Source: Bacillota bacterium (GTDB lineage: Bacteria > Bacillota > JAAYKD01). Taken from it: DNA of 64,000 bases. Shown one piece after another: positions 42,823 through 53,367 of the stretch. A program made the translations under genes and the position numbers. The DNA lies in NCBI GenBank assembly GCA_963666425.2, contig OY762825.2, forward strand, positions 544,001 through 608,000. The letters are read 5' to 3'. Position 1 is the stretch's first letter; every line of letters begins with the position of its first letter. Under the pieces are notes generated by a model. It was not told where the DNA came from and did not search any database. It saw nothing but the letters and a program-made list of their open reading frames with translations.

Positions 42823-44178
42823 TCATTTCCTGGTGACAGCATCCATAAACGATTGACCTCTGACCTCAAAGCTGGGATACATATCCCAACTGGCGCAGGC
42901 CGGCGACAATAAGACACAATCGCCTGTCTCGCTTAATTTGCGGGACTGTTCCACCGCTTCTTCCATATCATTGACCATCGTTATGCTGTGAAAATCCACT
43001 GCTGACAGGGCCTGCCGGATCCGCTCTTTGGTTTGGCCCAACAGAATCACTGCCTTGCAGTGCTGTTTAATACTTTGGGCAAATTCCGTAAAATCCTGTC
43101 CTCTGTCCAAACCGCCGGCAATCAGAATAATCGGCTCGCTGGGTAAACTCAAAGCTACCAAGGCAGCCTGTGAATTGGTCGCTTTGGAATCGTTGATATA
43201 GAGGACTCCGTTCAGCCGCGCTACAATTTGGAAACGATGCGCTACGCCTTGAAAACTGCGTAAACCTTTACGGATAGCATCGTACGATGCTCCTGCTGCA
43301 TAAGCAGTCAGAGCAGCAGCCATGGCATTCTGATAATTATGCGCATAGCCGATCCCCAATTCTTTTAAAGGTAAAATTGCTTCGGTAACCCCTTTGATGC
43401 GGAACATCAGCAGATCATTTTCCAGCCAGGCTCCTTCTTCCTGCGGCTGCAGATGGCTGAAAGTTAGCTGATGCGCCTTGATTTTGGGTGACAGCGACAT
43501 GACTTCCGCATTTTCCGCATTGAGAACCGCCCAATCTTCCGCAGTCTGATTGAGAAAAAGATGTGATTTTGCTTCCAGATAATTCTCGGCCGTATGGTGC
43601 CAGTCGCGATGCGTATTGAAGATGTTGAGCAGGGTGGCGACTTTGGGACGAAAATCCAGCACATCATTCAGCTGAAAACTGGAGAGTTCCACCACCACAA
43701 TATGACTTTCATCCAGACCATCCACCTCTTCGCTGAGCGGAACGCCAATATTGCCTGCGACATGCACCTTGGCTCTGTCCTGGCGCAGAATTTCACCGAC
43801 CCAGGCGGTCGTGGTTGTTTTGCCGTTGGAACCCGTAATACAAACCAGCGGCGCTTTGGTAACCTGCCAAGCCAGCTCTACCTCACTGACCACCGGAATC
43901 CCTTTGGCTCTGGCAGCTTGTAAAAACGGAATATCATAAGGGATCCCCGGATTTTTGACGATCAAATCGAGTCCCTGATCGAGCAGTTCCATCGGATGCT
44001 GCTCCAAAATAATCTCTACCGGCAACCCGGCCAATGCTTCCACGTCTTTTTCCACCTTGCTCAGCTTGGCAGAATCGTTGGCGATCACTACGGCACCATG
44101 CTTGAGCAAAACATGGATGGAAGCCACCCCGCTGCGGGCCAGCCCCAAAACAAGTACCTTTTTCCCTTGTAATTCCAT
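42823..44178 (-). CDS. murD: UDP-MurNAc-L-Ala--D-glutamate ligase
   Basis: GLARSG, TGSNGKTTT, ELSSFQL, NDSKATN, LSPACASWD. Confidence 0.97.
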   Translation of the reverse strand: MELQGKKVLVLGLARSGVASIHVLLKHGAVVIANDSAKLSKVEKDVEALAGLPVEIILEQHPMELLDQGLDLIVKNPGIPYDIPFLQAARAKGIPVVSEVELAWQVTKAPLVCITGSNGKTTTTAWVGEILRQDRAKVHVAGNIGVPLSEEVDGLDESHIVVVELSSFQLNDVLDFRPKVATLLNIFNTHRDWHHTAENYLEAKSHLFLNQTAEDWAVLNAENAEVMSLSPKIKAHQLTFSHLQPQEEGAWLENDLLMFRIKGVTEAILPLKELGIGYAHNYQNAMAAALTAYAAGASYDAIRKGLRSFQGVAHRFQIVARLNGVLYINDSKATNSQAALVALSLPSEPIILIAGGLDRGQDFTEFAQSIKQHCKAVILLGQTKERIRQALSAVDFHSITMVNDMEEAVEQSRKLSETGDCVLLSPACASWDMYPSFEVRGQSFMDAVTRK

Positions 44179-44190
44179 ATGAATTCCCCC

Positions 44191-45159
44191 CTATGCGATG
44201 AATAACCAAGCGCCTGTCAAGGCAAAAAACAAGCCGAAAGCCCAGAAAACAAAAACGATTTTCCACTCACTCCAACCGCACAATTCAAAATGATGATGAA
44301 TCGGACTCATTTTAAACAAACGTTTGCCTTTGGTTGCTTTAAAATAAAGCACCTGGATGATGGTAGAAAAAATATCGACAATAAACACCATACCGACCCA
44401 AAGCATCAAAGTTTCTATTTTCAGCAGCAGCGCCATGGCTGCCAGCGCCGCGCCTAAGCCCAGCGAGCCGGTGTCGCCCATAAAAATCCGCGCCGGGTGC
44501 AGGTTAAACAATAAGAAACCGGCTAAAGCGCCAATCAGAGCTGCGCAAAAAGCAGCCAGATCGGTTTGCTGCTGCAGCAGCGCAACAAAAAAACAAAACA
44601 GGGTGGCGATCATGGTCTGACCGCTGCATAATCCGTCCACACCATCGATGATGTTGACGGCATTGCTGAAAAACACCAAATAGAGCAGCGCCAGCAGCCA
44701 ATAGAAAGCGCCCAGCGGCAGCTGCCAATGCAGGATGGGAAGCGCAAGTTCTGTCGTTAATCCCTTACCGGCCAGCAGCCAACAGAAAAGCGCTGCCAGA
44801 CTGAATTGACCAATCAATTTCGCCCTGGCCGATAATCCCTCCGGATTTTTCAAAGCGGACTTAATATAATCATCCGCAAAACCTAAGATACCATGGCCAA
44901 ACACAAGAAGCAGCAAGACACCAATGGCTCTGGTCCATTGACCGGCATACAGCAGACCGGCCATCAGGCCAAGATAAATAATGAATCCGCCCATCGTGGG
45001 AGTACCGGTTTTTATATAGTGACTCTGCAGCCCTTCCTGACGGATACTCTGACCGAATTTTAAACGATGCAGCAAGGGTATCAGCAGAGGGCCGGTAACA
45101 GCCGCTGCTGCTAAGGCAATCAGCATCACGACCAGATAACGGTTAACCATTGACTTCAC
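44191..45159 (-). CDS. mraY: Phospho-MurNAc-pentapeptide transferase
   Basis: KTGTPTMGG, NAVNIIDGVDG, FMGDTGS, PIHHHFE. Confidence 0.97.
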   Translation of the reverse strand: MKSMVNRYLVVMLIALAAAAVTGPLLIPLLHRLKFGQSIRQEGLQSHYIKTGTPTMGGFIIYLGLMAGLLYAGQWTRAIGVLLLLVFGHGILGFADDYIKSALKNPEGLSARAKLIGQFSLAALFCWLLAGKGLTTELALPILHWQLPLGAFYWLLALLYLVFFSNAVNIIDGVDGLCSGQTMIATLFCFFVALLQQQTDLAAFCAALIGALAGFLLFNLHPARIFMGDTGSLGLGAALAAMALLLKIETLMLWVGMVFIVDIFSTIIQVLYFKATKGKRLFKMSPIHHHFELCGWSEWKIVFVFWAFGLFFALTGAWLFIA

Positions 45160-46552
45160 CCCAGTTTTGCAGCATTTGCTCTGCCACTTCTTCCAAAGCC
45201 AGACTGCGCGAACCTTTGATCAAAAGAATTGCGTGCTGCGGCACCTGCTGCAGCACAGCGGCTGCCATGGCTTGATTATCGGCGCAGAAAATGACGCGTT
45301 CCTGCGGCATGCCCTCTGCCAGAGCGGCTTCAGCCAAAGCCGTTGCCAGGCTGCCCCGGACAAATAGGTAATCGTAATGCTCTGCAGCCAAACGTCGGCC
45401 GATGATTTGATGTTCCTCTACTTCCTGTTCACCCAATTCCCGCATATCTGCCAGCACAGCCACCGTGGAGCGATCGGCTCGTACTTCTGCCATCAAATCC
45501 AGCGAGACCTGCATGGATTTCGGGCTGGCGTTATAGGAATCATTGATCAGCAGCCGGTCGCCGCCCAAATGCCGGATACTGCCGCGCTGATCAGCAGGTT
45601 GGACGTGGCTGAGCCCCAAAGCAATTTCTGCCGGAGTCAGCCCGTTGAGATAACCGATGGCTGCGGCAAGGCCGGCGTTTTCCACCATATGACGCCCCGG
45701 CAAAGGAATGGTTGCTGTCACTTTTTGCTGATTGGGAAAACGCAGCGTAAATTTAGAGCCGTATAAGCCAAGACTGATCACTTCTGAAACCGCCAGATCG
45801 GCTTCTTCGGAAAAACCATAGGTATAGCATTTTCCGCTCAGCTTTTCCAATAAGAATTCTTTCCAAGGTTCGTCCCAGCGCAGCAAAGCAATGCCGCTGC
45901 CGGTCTTCAATCCATCAAAAATTTCTCGTTTGGCAGTTGCAATGGCTTGCAGGCTCCCCAGCCGTTCCAGATGAACGCCCAAAACATTGGTAATGGCGGC
46001 AAAATCCGGCGGAGCAATGGCAGTCAGATGGGCAATTTCGCCCAACCCCTGCATGCCCATTTCCAGAACCGCGATCTGATGCTGCGCGTTCAGCTGATAA
46101 AGCGTGATCGGCAGGCCTGTTTCGGTATTCAGGTTGCCTTGGGTTTTTAAAACGACATATTTTTCCGCCAAAACGGCAGCGATCATATCCTTACTGCTGG
46201 TCTTGCCAACACTGCCGGTAATGGCTACTACCTTGACGGGATGCTGCTCCAGACAATATCTACCCAGGCGAGCCATGGCTTCGATGCAGTCGTCTACGAT
46301 AATGGCCGATACATCATCCGGTAATTCCGTTTCCTCTGTCAGGGCGGCAGCGGCTCCGGCCGCCAAGGCCTGTGCGATGTAGCAGTTGCCGTCTACCCTT
46401 TCTCCTCGCAGAGCAATAAACAAAGCGCCGTCTTCTGACCGACGGCTGTCGGTTATAATTGAAGTGACGATTTTATCTTGATGCATTCCCCGGATCGTTC
46501 CCTGAACGACTTGAGCAATTTCACCTACTGTCATCCCAGGCATTGCTTCCAC
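45143..46552 (-). CDS. murF: UDP-MurNAc-tripeptide--D-Ala-D-Ala ligase
   Basis: TDSR, TGSVGKTS, LEMGM, NDSYNASP, DMRELG, KGSR. Confidence 0.95.
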   Translation of the reverse strand: MEAMPGMTVGEIAQVVQGTIRGMHQDKIVTSIITDSRRSEDGALFIALRGERVDGNCYIAQALAAGAAAALTEETELPDDVSAIIVDDCIEAMARLGRYCLEQHPVKVVAITGSVGKTSSKDMIAAVLAEKYVVLKTQGNLNTETGLPITLYQLNAQHQIAVLEMGMQGLGEIAHLTAIAPPDFAAITNVLGVHLERLGSLQAIATAKREIFDGLKTGSGIALLRWDEPWKEFLLEKLSGKCYTYGFSEEADLAVSEVISLGLYGSKFTLRFPNQQKVTATIPLPGRHMVENAGLAAAIGYLNGLTPAEIALGLSHVQPADQRGSIRHLGGDRLLINDSYNASPKSMQVSLDLMAEVRADRSTVAVLADMRELGEQEVEEHQIIGRRLAAEHYDYLFVRGSLATALAEAALAEGMPQERVIFCADNQAMAAAVLQQVPQHAILLIKGSRSLALEEVAEQMLQNWGEVNG

Positions 46553-46893
46553 TCCTTCTGCAACAGATTTGAATTGCGTATCAAGATAGATTCGTTCTTT
46601 TGTGACAAATTCCTTTTAGCAAGATGTATCCTCCGCAAAAGCGGTCGCTCAAGACATAATCCCGTCAATGTTGACAGGCCTCTGCAAGAACCGCTGCCTT
46701 TTTTGCTGTAATGGCTTGCTTTCTGAACGCAGACAATCAGTTGTTCGTTTGCAGTAATTCGAAAGAACGGCCGAGCGCTATGATAGTTGCCGTAGGATGG
46801 CATTTTCTCCTGAGACTGCAAAACCGCCACTCGAATATCGAGGGCGGTATGATCCTGCTTTCTTAGTACACAGACCTGTCCGGTTTGGTTTGA

Positions 46894-47316
46894 TCAGTCC
46901 GACAAATTAACTGACAGGCTTGGCAGCTTAAGATACTGATCCATACTGGGTTTGTGAAACCCCAGCCCGATTGCTCTTTGTTCGATATTTTCCAAAGAGG
47001 AAGCCTGGTAAATTTTGATGCGCAGCATCTCGTTATTATTCCGCAGCGTGGTGATTTCGCTCTGTTCTGCTTCGATTGCCTGTGAAACACTGTATAAATA
47101 AGCCGACCGTGTGGAGGAGATGAAGCCTGCCAGCACAAAAGCACAAATAAACAAGATAATCGATTTGGCTAAAGGCAGATTGACCGTTTCCTGCAGCGGT
47201 TTGGGCTTTTGCTGGGGAAAAGCAATTACATTTTCTTTTCTAAACGGTTGCTGATCAATCAGTTCTTCCTGCTGAATCTCCGGTATTTCGATGATGGCCC
47301 TTTTTGCTGATGCCAT
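46894..47316 (-). CDS. ftsL: FtsL-like cell division protein
   Basis: One TM segment, coiled coil, SLENIEQRAIGLG; directly after rsmH. Confidence 0.75.
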   Translation of the reverse strand: MASAKRAIIEIPEIQQEELIDQQPFRKENVIAFPQQKPKPLQETVNLPLAKSIILFICAFVLAGFISSTRSAYLYSVSQAIEAEQSEITTLRNNNEMLRIKIYQASSLENIEQRAIGLGFHKPSMDQYLKLPSLSVNLSD

Positions 47317-47317
47317 T

Positions 47318-48295
47318 TTATCTTTCCTCCTTGCAATCAATAATGGGTGTCGCTAATCTTCTGGCGAGGCGCAGCTTGGCGCTGTGCGATCTTGGGTTCT
47401 CCTGCAGCTCTTCTGCCTTAGGTAAAATCGGCTTGTTGTTGACCAATTCCAACATCGGTTTGCGTCCGCAGACACAGACCGGCAGTTTGGCTGGGCAGAT
47501 ACAGGGATTGACCAATTCCCGAAATAAATCTTTGACAATTCTGTCTTCCAGAGAGTGAAACGTAATCACTGCGATCACACCCTGCGGCTGCAGCGCGTCG
47601 ATCGCTTTTTTCAAACCGATTTTCAGTGCATTCAATTCATCATTAACGGCAATGCGTAAAGCCTGGAAGATTCTGCGCGTCTCGTTACCATCCTCGCGGC
47701 GGACCGCTGACGGTACCGCTGCTTTGATGATCTCCACCAATTGGTCCGAGCTTTCGATCGGCGTTTTTTGCCGTTCCTCTACGATGAATTGCGCAATTCT
47801 GGCACTCCAGCGTTCTTCGCCATAATCGTAAAAGATTTTTCTCAATTCCGCTTCTGAAGTATTCGCCAACAGCATAGCTGCCGTGAGGCTAGAGGATGGG
47901 TCCATGCGCATATCGAGCGGCGCATTTTCCCGAAAAGTAAAACCACGTTCTTTGACATCGAGCTGCGGTGAAGAAACGCCTAAATCGAATAAAACACCAT
48001 CCAGCAAAGTAATTTGATTCTCCTGCAAAACACGGTCCAGGTTCTTAAAGTTGGCTTGCAGCGGGCGAAACAGGTTGCCATATTGCCGCAAACGTTCTCC
48101 TGCGGCTTCCAGTGCGGTAGGGTCCTGATCCAAACCAATGACGAGACCGTTTCCCTGCAGCTGCTCTAATATGGCTTCGCTGTGACCGCCGCCACCCAAG
48201 GTGCAATCGAGATAAATTCCACCGGGATGGGGCGATAATCCTGACAATACTTCCTGAAGTAAAACACTGTTGTGCCGGAATTGCTGCAAAATCAT
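47318..48295 (-). CDS. rsmH: 16S rRNA m4C1402 methyltransferase
   Basis: DCTLGGGGHS, DLGVSSPQLD, PLDMRMD, FQALRIAVN, FHSLEDR. Confidence 0.98.
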   Translation of the reverse strand: MILQQFRHNSVLLQEVLSGLSPHPGGIYLDCTLGGGGHSEAILEQLQGNGLVIGLDQDPTALEAAGERLRQYGNLFRPLQANFKNLDRVLQENQITLLDGVLFDLGVSSPQLDVKERGFTFRENAPLDMRMDPSSSLTAAMLLANTSEAELRKIFYDYGEERWSARIAQFIVEERQKTPIESSDQLVEIIKAAVPSAVRREDGNETRRIFQALRIAVNDELNALKIGLKKAIDALQPQGVIAVITFHSLEDRIVKDLFRELVNPCICPAKLPVCVCGRKPMLELVNNKPILPKAEELQENPRSHSAKLRLARRLATPIIDCKEER

Positions 48296-48314
48296 CTCTC
48301 CTCCCTGTTGTTGA

Positions 48315-48749
48315 TTAGATCGAAATCAGTCTCTCCAAATGTTCTGCGGTTTGTTCGTAAACCGAAACCGCCTGACTTTGGTAATGCTCCCACTCCGGCA
48401 GACTCCAAATCTCCACGCGGGATGAGACACCCAAAAGAACGGCTTCTTTTTCTAAATTTGCATGTTTTTTTAAGGTGGGCGGCAAGAGAATTCTGCCTTG
48501 TCGATCCGGTTCGCATTCAACGGCGCCGGAAAAGAAAACACGGCTGAAGGCGCGCGCATCCGAACTTGTTATCGGCAAGCTGCGCAGTTTATCCTCGATT
48601 TTTACCCATTCCGCCATCGGATAGAGGAAAATCGCTTTGTCCAGTCCTAAGGTGGCGATGAAATGATTGCCCAATCCCTCGCGGAAGCGGGAGGGTATAA
48701 TCAGGCGCGATTTCTCATCCAATGCATGCTGATAGGTCCCTAAAAACAC
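48315..48749 (-). CDS. mraZ: dcw transcriptional regulator MraZ
   Basis: MFLGTYQHALDEKSRLIIP...DRQGRILLP...VEIWS. Confidence 0.97.
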   Translation of the reverse strand: MFLGTYQHALDEKSRLIIPSRFREGLGNHFIATLGLDKAIFLYPMAEWVKIEDKLRSLPITSSDARAFSRVFFSGAVECEPDRQGRILLPPTLKKHANLEKEAVLLGVSSRVEIWSLPEWEHYQSQAVSVYEQTAEHLERLISI

Positions 48750-48766
48750 AGCGCCGCCTCCTTATT

Positions 48767-48803
48767 CCACACATTTCCCCACTTTGCCCCACTCTTACCC
48801 CTA
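48767..48803 (-). promoter_or_regulatory. MraZ-binding direct repeats
   Basis: Minus strand GTGGGG-caaa-GTGGGG-aaat-GTGTGG at 10-bp period immediately upstream of mraZ. Confidence 0.8.
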
Positions 48804-48933
48804 TATTCCATAACGAATCAAAAATCCCTTCATCATGAAAAAAATATTTATAAAAAAACAGCTCCGCAGTAGGTATACTAACCTGCCACGGAACTGTTTT
48901 TTCGTTATTTTCTCTTTTATTGAACAAGGATCG

Positions 48934-49941
48934 TCAATTTATGCAGCTTTTGCCCAGAAATGCCAAAGCCCGCCATAATTCGTCTCCCTCCGGAGGCGCC
49001 ACGATCGTACTACCCTCCGCTTGGATCAGGATTTTTTCCGGTTCGGCCGTAAATTTGCCGATCACAGCGGCAGAAATTCCCGCAGCCACCAGCTGTTCCA
49101 CCAACGCCGCTCCCCGCTCTGTCGCGATCAGCATGCTGCCGCTGGCGATCAAACGCAAGGGATCCAATTGCAGCTGCCGGCAGAACTGTAAGGTCGCCGG
49201 ATGCAGCGGCACTGCTTTTTCTTGCAGCCAAAAGCCTTTGCCGGCGCCTGACGCCATTTCATAAACAGCGCCTAGCAAACCACCTTCGGTGATGTCGTGC
49301 ATGGCATGCACACCAAAAGCGGCGGCGACACGCCCTTCGGGAACCACACTGATCTGCTTGCCCAGTTGGGCAGCGGTTTCAAGCAAATCGGCCGGAAACC
49401 ATTGCAGCAGAACAGACGCTGCGTCTTTGGCTAAAATAGAGGTTCCCTCTAGGCCGATGGTTTTTGTTACCACAATATCATCGCCGGCCAAAGCGCCACC
49501 GGTTCTGATGATTCGGCTGCGCTCGACCTTGCCGACCACGGTCGAAGAAAGCACCATTTGGTTAACCGCCGCCGTCAATTCGGTGTGTCCACCGCTAATT
49601 TCAATTTTGAGTTCCTCTGCCGCCCGAGCGGCATCCTGCATCACCCGATCGATTTCTGCCATCGCACAATCGGCAGGCGCCAGAATCGTTAATAAACAGC
49701 AAACCGGTTCTGCGCCGTTCGAGGCAACATCATTGGCGGAAATATGTACCGCTAACCAACCCGCATCCTCCACCGCTCCGGTGATCGGATCGGTGGACAT
49801 CACACAGACCTGTCCGCCAAAATCAAAAATTGTGGAATCCTCTCCCAGACCGGAGCGCAAAGACACCTCCGCACGCCGTTCGGTTAAATGGCGAAACACG
49901 TTCTGTTCCAATTCCGCTGGTGTTAATTTGCCTACACGCAT
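48934..49941 (-). CDS. AIR synthase / HypE-like family protein
   Basis: GEDS, STDPITG, NDVASNGAEP, GGHTE, MHDITEGG. Confidence 0.88.
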   Translation of the reverse strand: MRVGKLTPAELEQNVFRHLTERRAEVSLRSGLGEDSTIFDFGGQVCVMSTDPITGAVEDAGWLAVHISANDVASNGAEPVCCLLTILAPADCAMAEIDRVMQDAARAAEELKIEISGGHTELTAAVNQMVLSSTVVGKVERSRIIRTGGALAGDDIVVTKTIGLEGTSILAKDAASVLLQWFPADLLETAAQLGKQISVVPEGRVAAAFGVHAMHDITEGGLLGAVYEMASGAGKGFWLQEKAVPLHPATLQFCRQLQLDPLRLIASGSMLIATERGAALVEQLVAAGISAAVIGKFTAEPEKILIQAEGSTIVAPPEGDELWRALAFLGKSCIN

Positions 49942-50048
49942 GACCGTTCCCCCTCATCCGCCGGCAGTCTCTCCTGCCGGTCTGACCGAATTTTCTCTTC
50001 TGTCAGTTTCTTTAACCCGACAGAACTAAAAGCTGACATGCGCAGTTG

Positions 50049-51233
50049 CTAGAGTGCTGCAACAAAGGCGCGCGCCCACTCTTTCAGTTTGCTTTCATCT
50101 TCCTCTGTGGGTGTAAAATTCACTTTATAGGGTGCCAGCGGTAATTTATAGCGCAGCCCTTTCAGGCGCTCCGTCAGTTGCCCGCAGGCTTCCCCACTCC
50201 AGCCATAGGAGCCAAAGCAGGCGGCAGCTATTTTGCCGCGGTTGGCCAGCAGCGGTGTTGCGCTGATCACATTCCAGATCGGCGCCAAAGCGTCGCCATT
50301 GATGGTGGGAGAACCAAAGAGGATGCCCTGTACCGTTTCCAGTTCCGCCTGACATTGCAGCGGGTCCAGCGCGGTTGCCAGCAGCAGTTTACATTTTACA
50401 CCCATTTCCGAGATGGCAGCGGCAGCAATTTCCGCCATTTTCTTGGTGTTGCCATACGCAGAAACGTAGATCACGGCCACCGTTTTCTCTTGGGGCAGCG
50501 CTGCGTGGCTCCAGTCTTCGTAGGCTTGAATATAGCGTCCGAGATCTTTTGTCAGTATGGGTCCGTGGCTGGGGCAGATCATCTTCAATTCCAATTGACG
50601 TACTTTTTCACAGCCTGTGATGATTTTATCGGCGAATGGACGCATGATGTGCGTATAATAGCTGACAAAATCCGGCCAGAAATCACCGCTGCGCTCGTCG
50701 GTCATGGTTTCTTCCGCATAATGGCAGCCGAAACCGTCACAAGAAAAGAGCAGCTGTTCTTCTTCCAGATAGGTAAACAGAGTATCCGGCCAATGCCAAA
50801 ACGGGCTGAGGATAAAGCGCAGCGTCCGATCCCCCAGGGACAGCGTTTCTCCGTCTGCCGCGATATGCAGCGGAAGTTCCTGATTCAATTGCGCTTTCAG
50901 AAAGAGTCCGGCCGATCGGGTGGCAATGATTTGGATTTGCGGCGCCGCTGCCAACAGCTTTTGAATAGATCCGGCATGGTCCGGTTCGGCATGTTGGACA
51001 ATCAGATAATCGATCTTGGTCAGATCGACGACACTCTGGATCTTTTCCAGCTGAATCTCGCTGAAATCCTGATGTACTCCATCGATCAGGGCGATTTTTT
51101 CACTGCCCTGGATTAAAAAACTATTGTAGCTGGTGCCGTTGACAGCCGGCACAAAAACATCAAAAACGCGTAGGGTGGGATGCAAGACTCCCACTGAGGC
51201 GACGCGGGGTGTAATCTGCAATGCATTCATCAT
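50049..51233 (-). CDS. fprA: FprA-type flavodiiron protein (O2/NO reductase)
   Basis: GTSYNS, HAEPDH, HWPD, PSHGP, flavodoxin domain SAYGNT and FGSYGWSGE. Confidence 0.93.
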   Translation of the reverse strand: MMNALQITPRVASVGVLHPTLRVFDVFVPAVNGTSYNSFLIQGSEKIALIDGVHQDFSEIQLEKIQSVVDLTKIDYLIVQHAEPDHAGSIQKLLAAAPQIQIIATRSAGLFLKAQLNQELPLHIAADGETLSLGDRTLRFILSPFWHWPDTLFTYLEEEQLLFSCDGFGCHYAEETMTDERSGDFWPDFVSYYTHIMRPFADKIITGCEKVRQLELKMICPSHGPILTKDLGRYIQAYEDWSHAALPQEKTVAVIYVSAYGNTKKMAEIAAAAISEMGVKCKLLLATALDPLQCQAELETVQGILFGSPTINGDALAPIWNVISATPLLANRGKIAAACFGSYGWSGEACGQLTERLKGLRYKLPLAPYKVNFTPTEEDESKLKEWARAFVAAL

Positions 51234-51378
51234 TAAGTCCCCTTTCTTTCTTTCACGATTCAGAAAGCCAGCCGCGAAATATCAGCTGATCTCTCCTGCA
51301 GCATTCTTACTTGAGCTAAGAGTAAATTTTCTCTTTTTCTGCGCGCGATTCCTTCCCTTCGGTTGAAAAAGCAAAAAA

Positions 51379-53184
51379 TCAGCAAGTGGTCTTTGGTTTC
51401 TCATCCGGCAATTCCCACCAGAGCCTTTTTTGTCCGCCGCGCAGCAAAGGCTGCCAGGCAAACAGCAAAATCACCGGCTGATTTGAGACTGCCGTCACAG
51501 CTTGCGCCTGCAGCAGCTGCGCTATGGCGTGGGTAAAAACCTCCACCCGGATTTTTTTCCTGATTTCTTTTGCCGATAACCCCACAAATTCCGGCATCTG
51601 TGTGCTCCAATCAGAGGCTGCCAGATAACCATACACACGCTCTCGTTCTGCGTCCGTCAGGCTTTGCTTCATGGTCGGAAAGGGAAAATCATCGTCTTTA
51701 TAAGCCAAACAAAAATCGAATTTCAGTAAAGCGAATAAATCTGCTTTTTCCGTCTCCTGCTGCAGCGTAAAGCAAATGAATTGCCATAAACGCTGCCAAT
51801 AAACAGCTTCCCGGACCGGGCGGCCAAACCAATTTTGCTGCCGCCAAAACTCTTCCATGGCTGCGTAACAAGTAAATGGCGATCTGAATTGCTGCAAAAA
51901 GCGGTGCAGCGTCTGCTGATAACGCCCAGAATTGCCATAGCGCTGCAGTAACTCTTCCATGCGGTGCAGACGCAGCAATTCGTCGCAGCCGAGCCAGTTG
52001 GTACTGAGCACTTCATATGGCGCTTCGCTGTCAGAGACGATGCCATATTGGGCAGCATCCCGCTGTAAGCCGGTGCCTGGCAGCAGTTTTAAGAAACCCA
52101 ACTGCAGATACTCCGCACCCAGGGCATAAACATCATCGAAAGACTGCGCAAAGCTCTGCCAGTCTTCTCCCGGCAGTCCGGCGATTAAATCCAAATGGAG
52201 GTGAATCGTGCCAAGTTGCCGCATGGCTCGCACAAAATCGCTGATTTGTGCAAAATCCATCGGACGCTGCACATAACTCAGTGTATGGCGGTTGGTGCTC
52301 TGAATGCCGATTTCAAATTGAAACAGACCCGGTGGCGCCTGCCGCAGGAGTTCAACATCCGCTTCGCCCAAGAGATCGGCTGCCAGCTCGAAATGAAAAT
52401 TGATTGGCAAGCTGCCGGCTTCATCAATTAAGAACTGCCAAATCTGACGCGCTCTGACCCGATTGGCATTAAAAGTGCGGTCAACAAATTTCACCTGATG
52501 TACGCCGGCACTGATAAATGCGCGTAAATCGGCAAAGACGCGCGGCAGCGGCAGCGTCCTGACGCCTTTTTCTACCGAAGAAAGGCAATATTGGCAGGCA
52601 TAAGGACAGCCACGGCTGGATTCATAGTAAAAGATCCGTTCTTTTTGACCGGATAATTCTGCTTGGGTATAGGGAAACGGCATTTGCTGCAGATCGTTCA
52701 GCTGCGGGATCAAAATCGAGGCAGCGTGGCTGTTGCTGCGCGTCACGAAACCCGGCAGATCTGTGGTCGCTGCTCCCTCTGCCAGCCGCTGCAGCAGTAA
52801 CGGCAGCGTCTCCTCCGCTTCTCCTGCCAAGACTCCATCCAGCCAGGCATAGCTGCAGACGAGTTCTTCCGCGCGATAAGTCGCTTCCGGCCCTCCGAAT
52901 AGAATGATACAGCGCGGATTAAATTGCTTCAAGCGTCTCGCAATGGGAATTGTTTCTTTGATGTTCCAAATATAACAGGAAAAGCCAACCAGATCCGGGT
53001 GCGTTTCCTGGATCTCAGCGGCAATTTGTGGCCAATGATCGTTGATGGTGAATTCCGCACAAGAGATTTCCCAAGTCCCAAACGCCGGTTGTCGCCTTAA
53101 GGCTTCCCGTAAATAGCGAATGCCCAGCGCCGTATGAACAAACTGGCTGTTCAGCGCAGTCAAGAGTACACGCATGCTCCTCAC
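51379..53184 (-). CDS. B12-binding radical SAM protein (DUF4080-type C-terminus)
   Basis: GFSCYIWN, GGPE, SRGCPYACQYC, DRTFN, EIGIQS, DLIAGLP. Confidence 0.9.
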   Translation of the reverse strand: MRSMRVLLTALNSQFVHTALGIRYLREALRRQPAFGTWEISCAEFTINDHWPQIAAEIQETHPDLVGFSCYIWNIKETIPIARRLKQFNPRCIILFGGPEATYRAEELVCSYAWLDGVLAGEAEETLPLLLQRLAEGAATTDLPGFVTRSNSHAASILIPQLNDLQQMPFPYTQAELSGQKERIFYYESSRGCPYACQYCLSSVEKGVRTLPLPRVFADLRAFISAGVHQVKFVDRTFNANRVRARQIWQFLIDEAGSLPINFHFELAADLLGEADVELLRQAPPGLFQFEIGIQSTNRHTLSYVQRPMDFAQISDFVRAMRQLGTIHLHLDLIAGLPGEDWQSFAQSFDDVYALGAEYLQLGFLKLLPGTGLQRDAAQYGIVSDSEAPYEVLSTNWLGCDELLRLHRMEELLQRYGNSGRYQQTLHRFLQQFRSPFTCYAAMEEFWRQQNWFGRPVREAVYWQRLWQFICFTLQQETEKADLFALLKFDFCLAYKDDDFPFPTMKQSLTDAERERVYGYLAASDWSTQMPEFVGLSAKEIRKKIRVEVFTHAIAQLLQAQAVTAVSNQPVILLFAWQPLLRGGQKRLWWELPDEKPKTTC

Positions 53185-53367
53185 CCTTTCTTCAGGACCA
53201 TTATGACGTACCCTGACGAAATTGTCCAGAATGTTTTAATAATTGCTCGGGAATCCTTGCCGCTCGGGAAGGATAATCCTGTGAAAAAGGAGAAAAGTAT
53301 AGTTTGTAAGATTAGGTGATAGGGAACCGATTTTCGGGTTTCCTGAATTTATGGAGGAGGCATTTTC

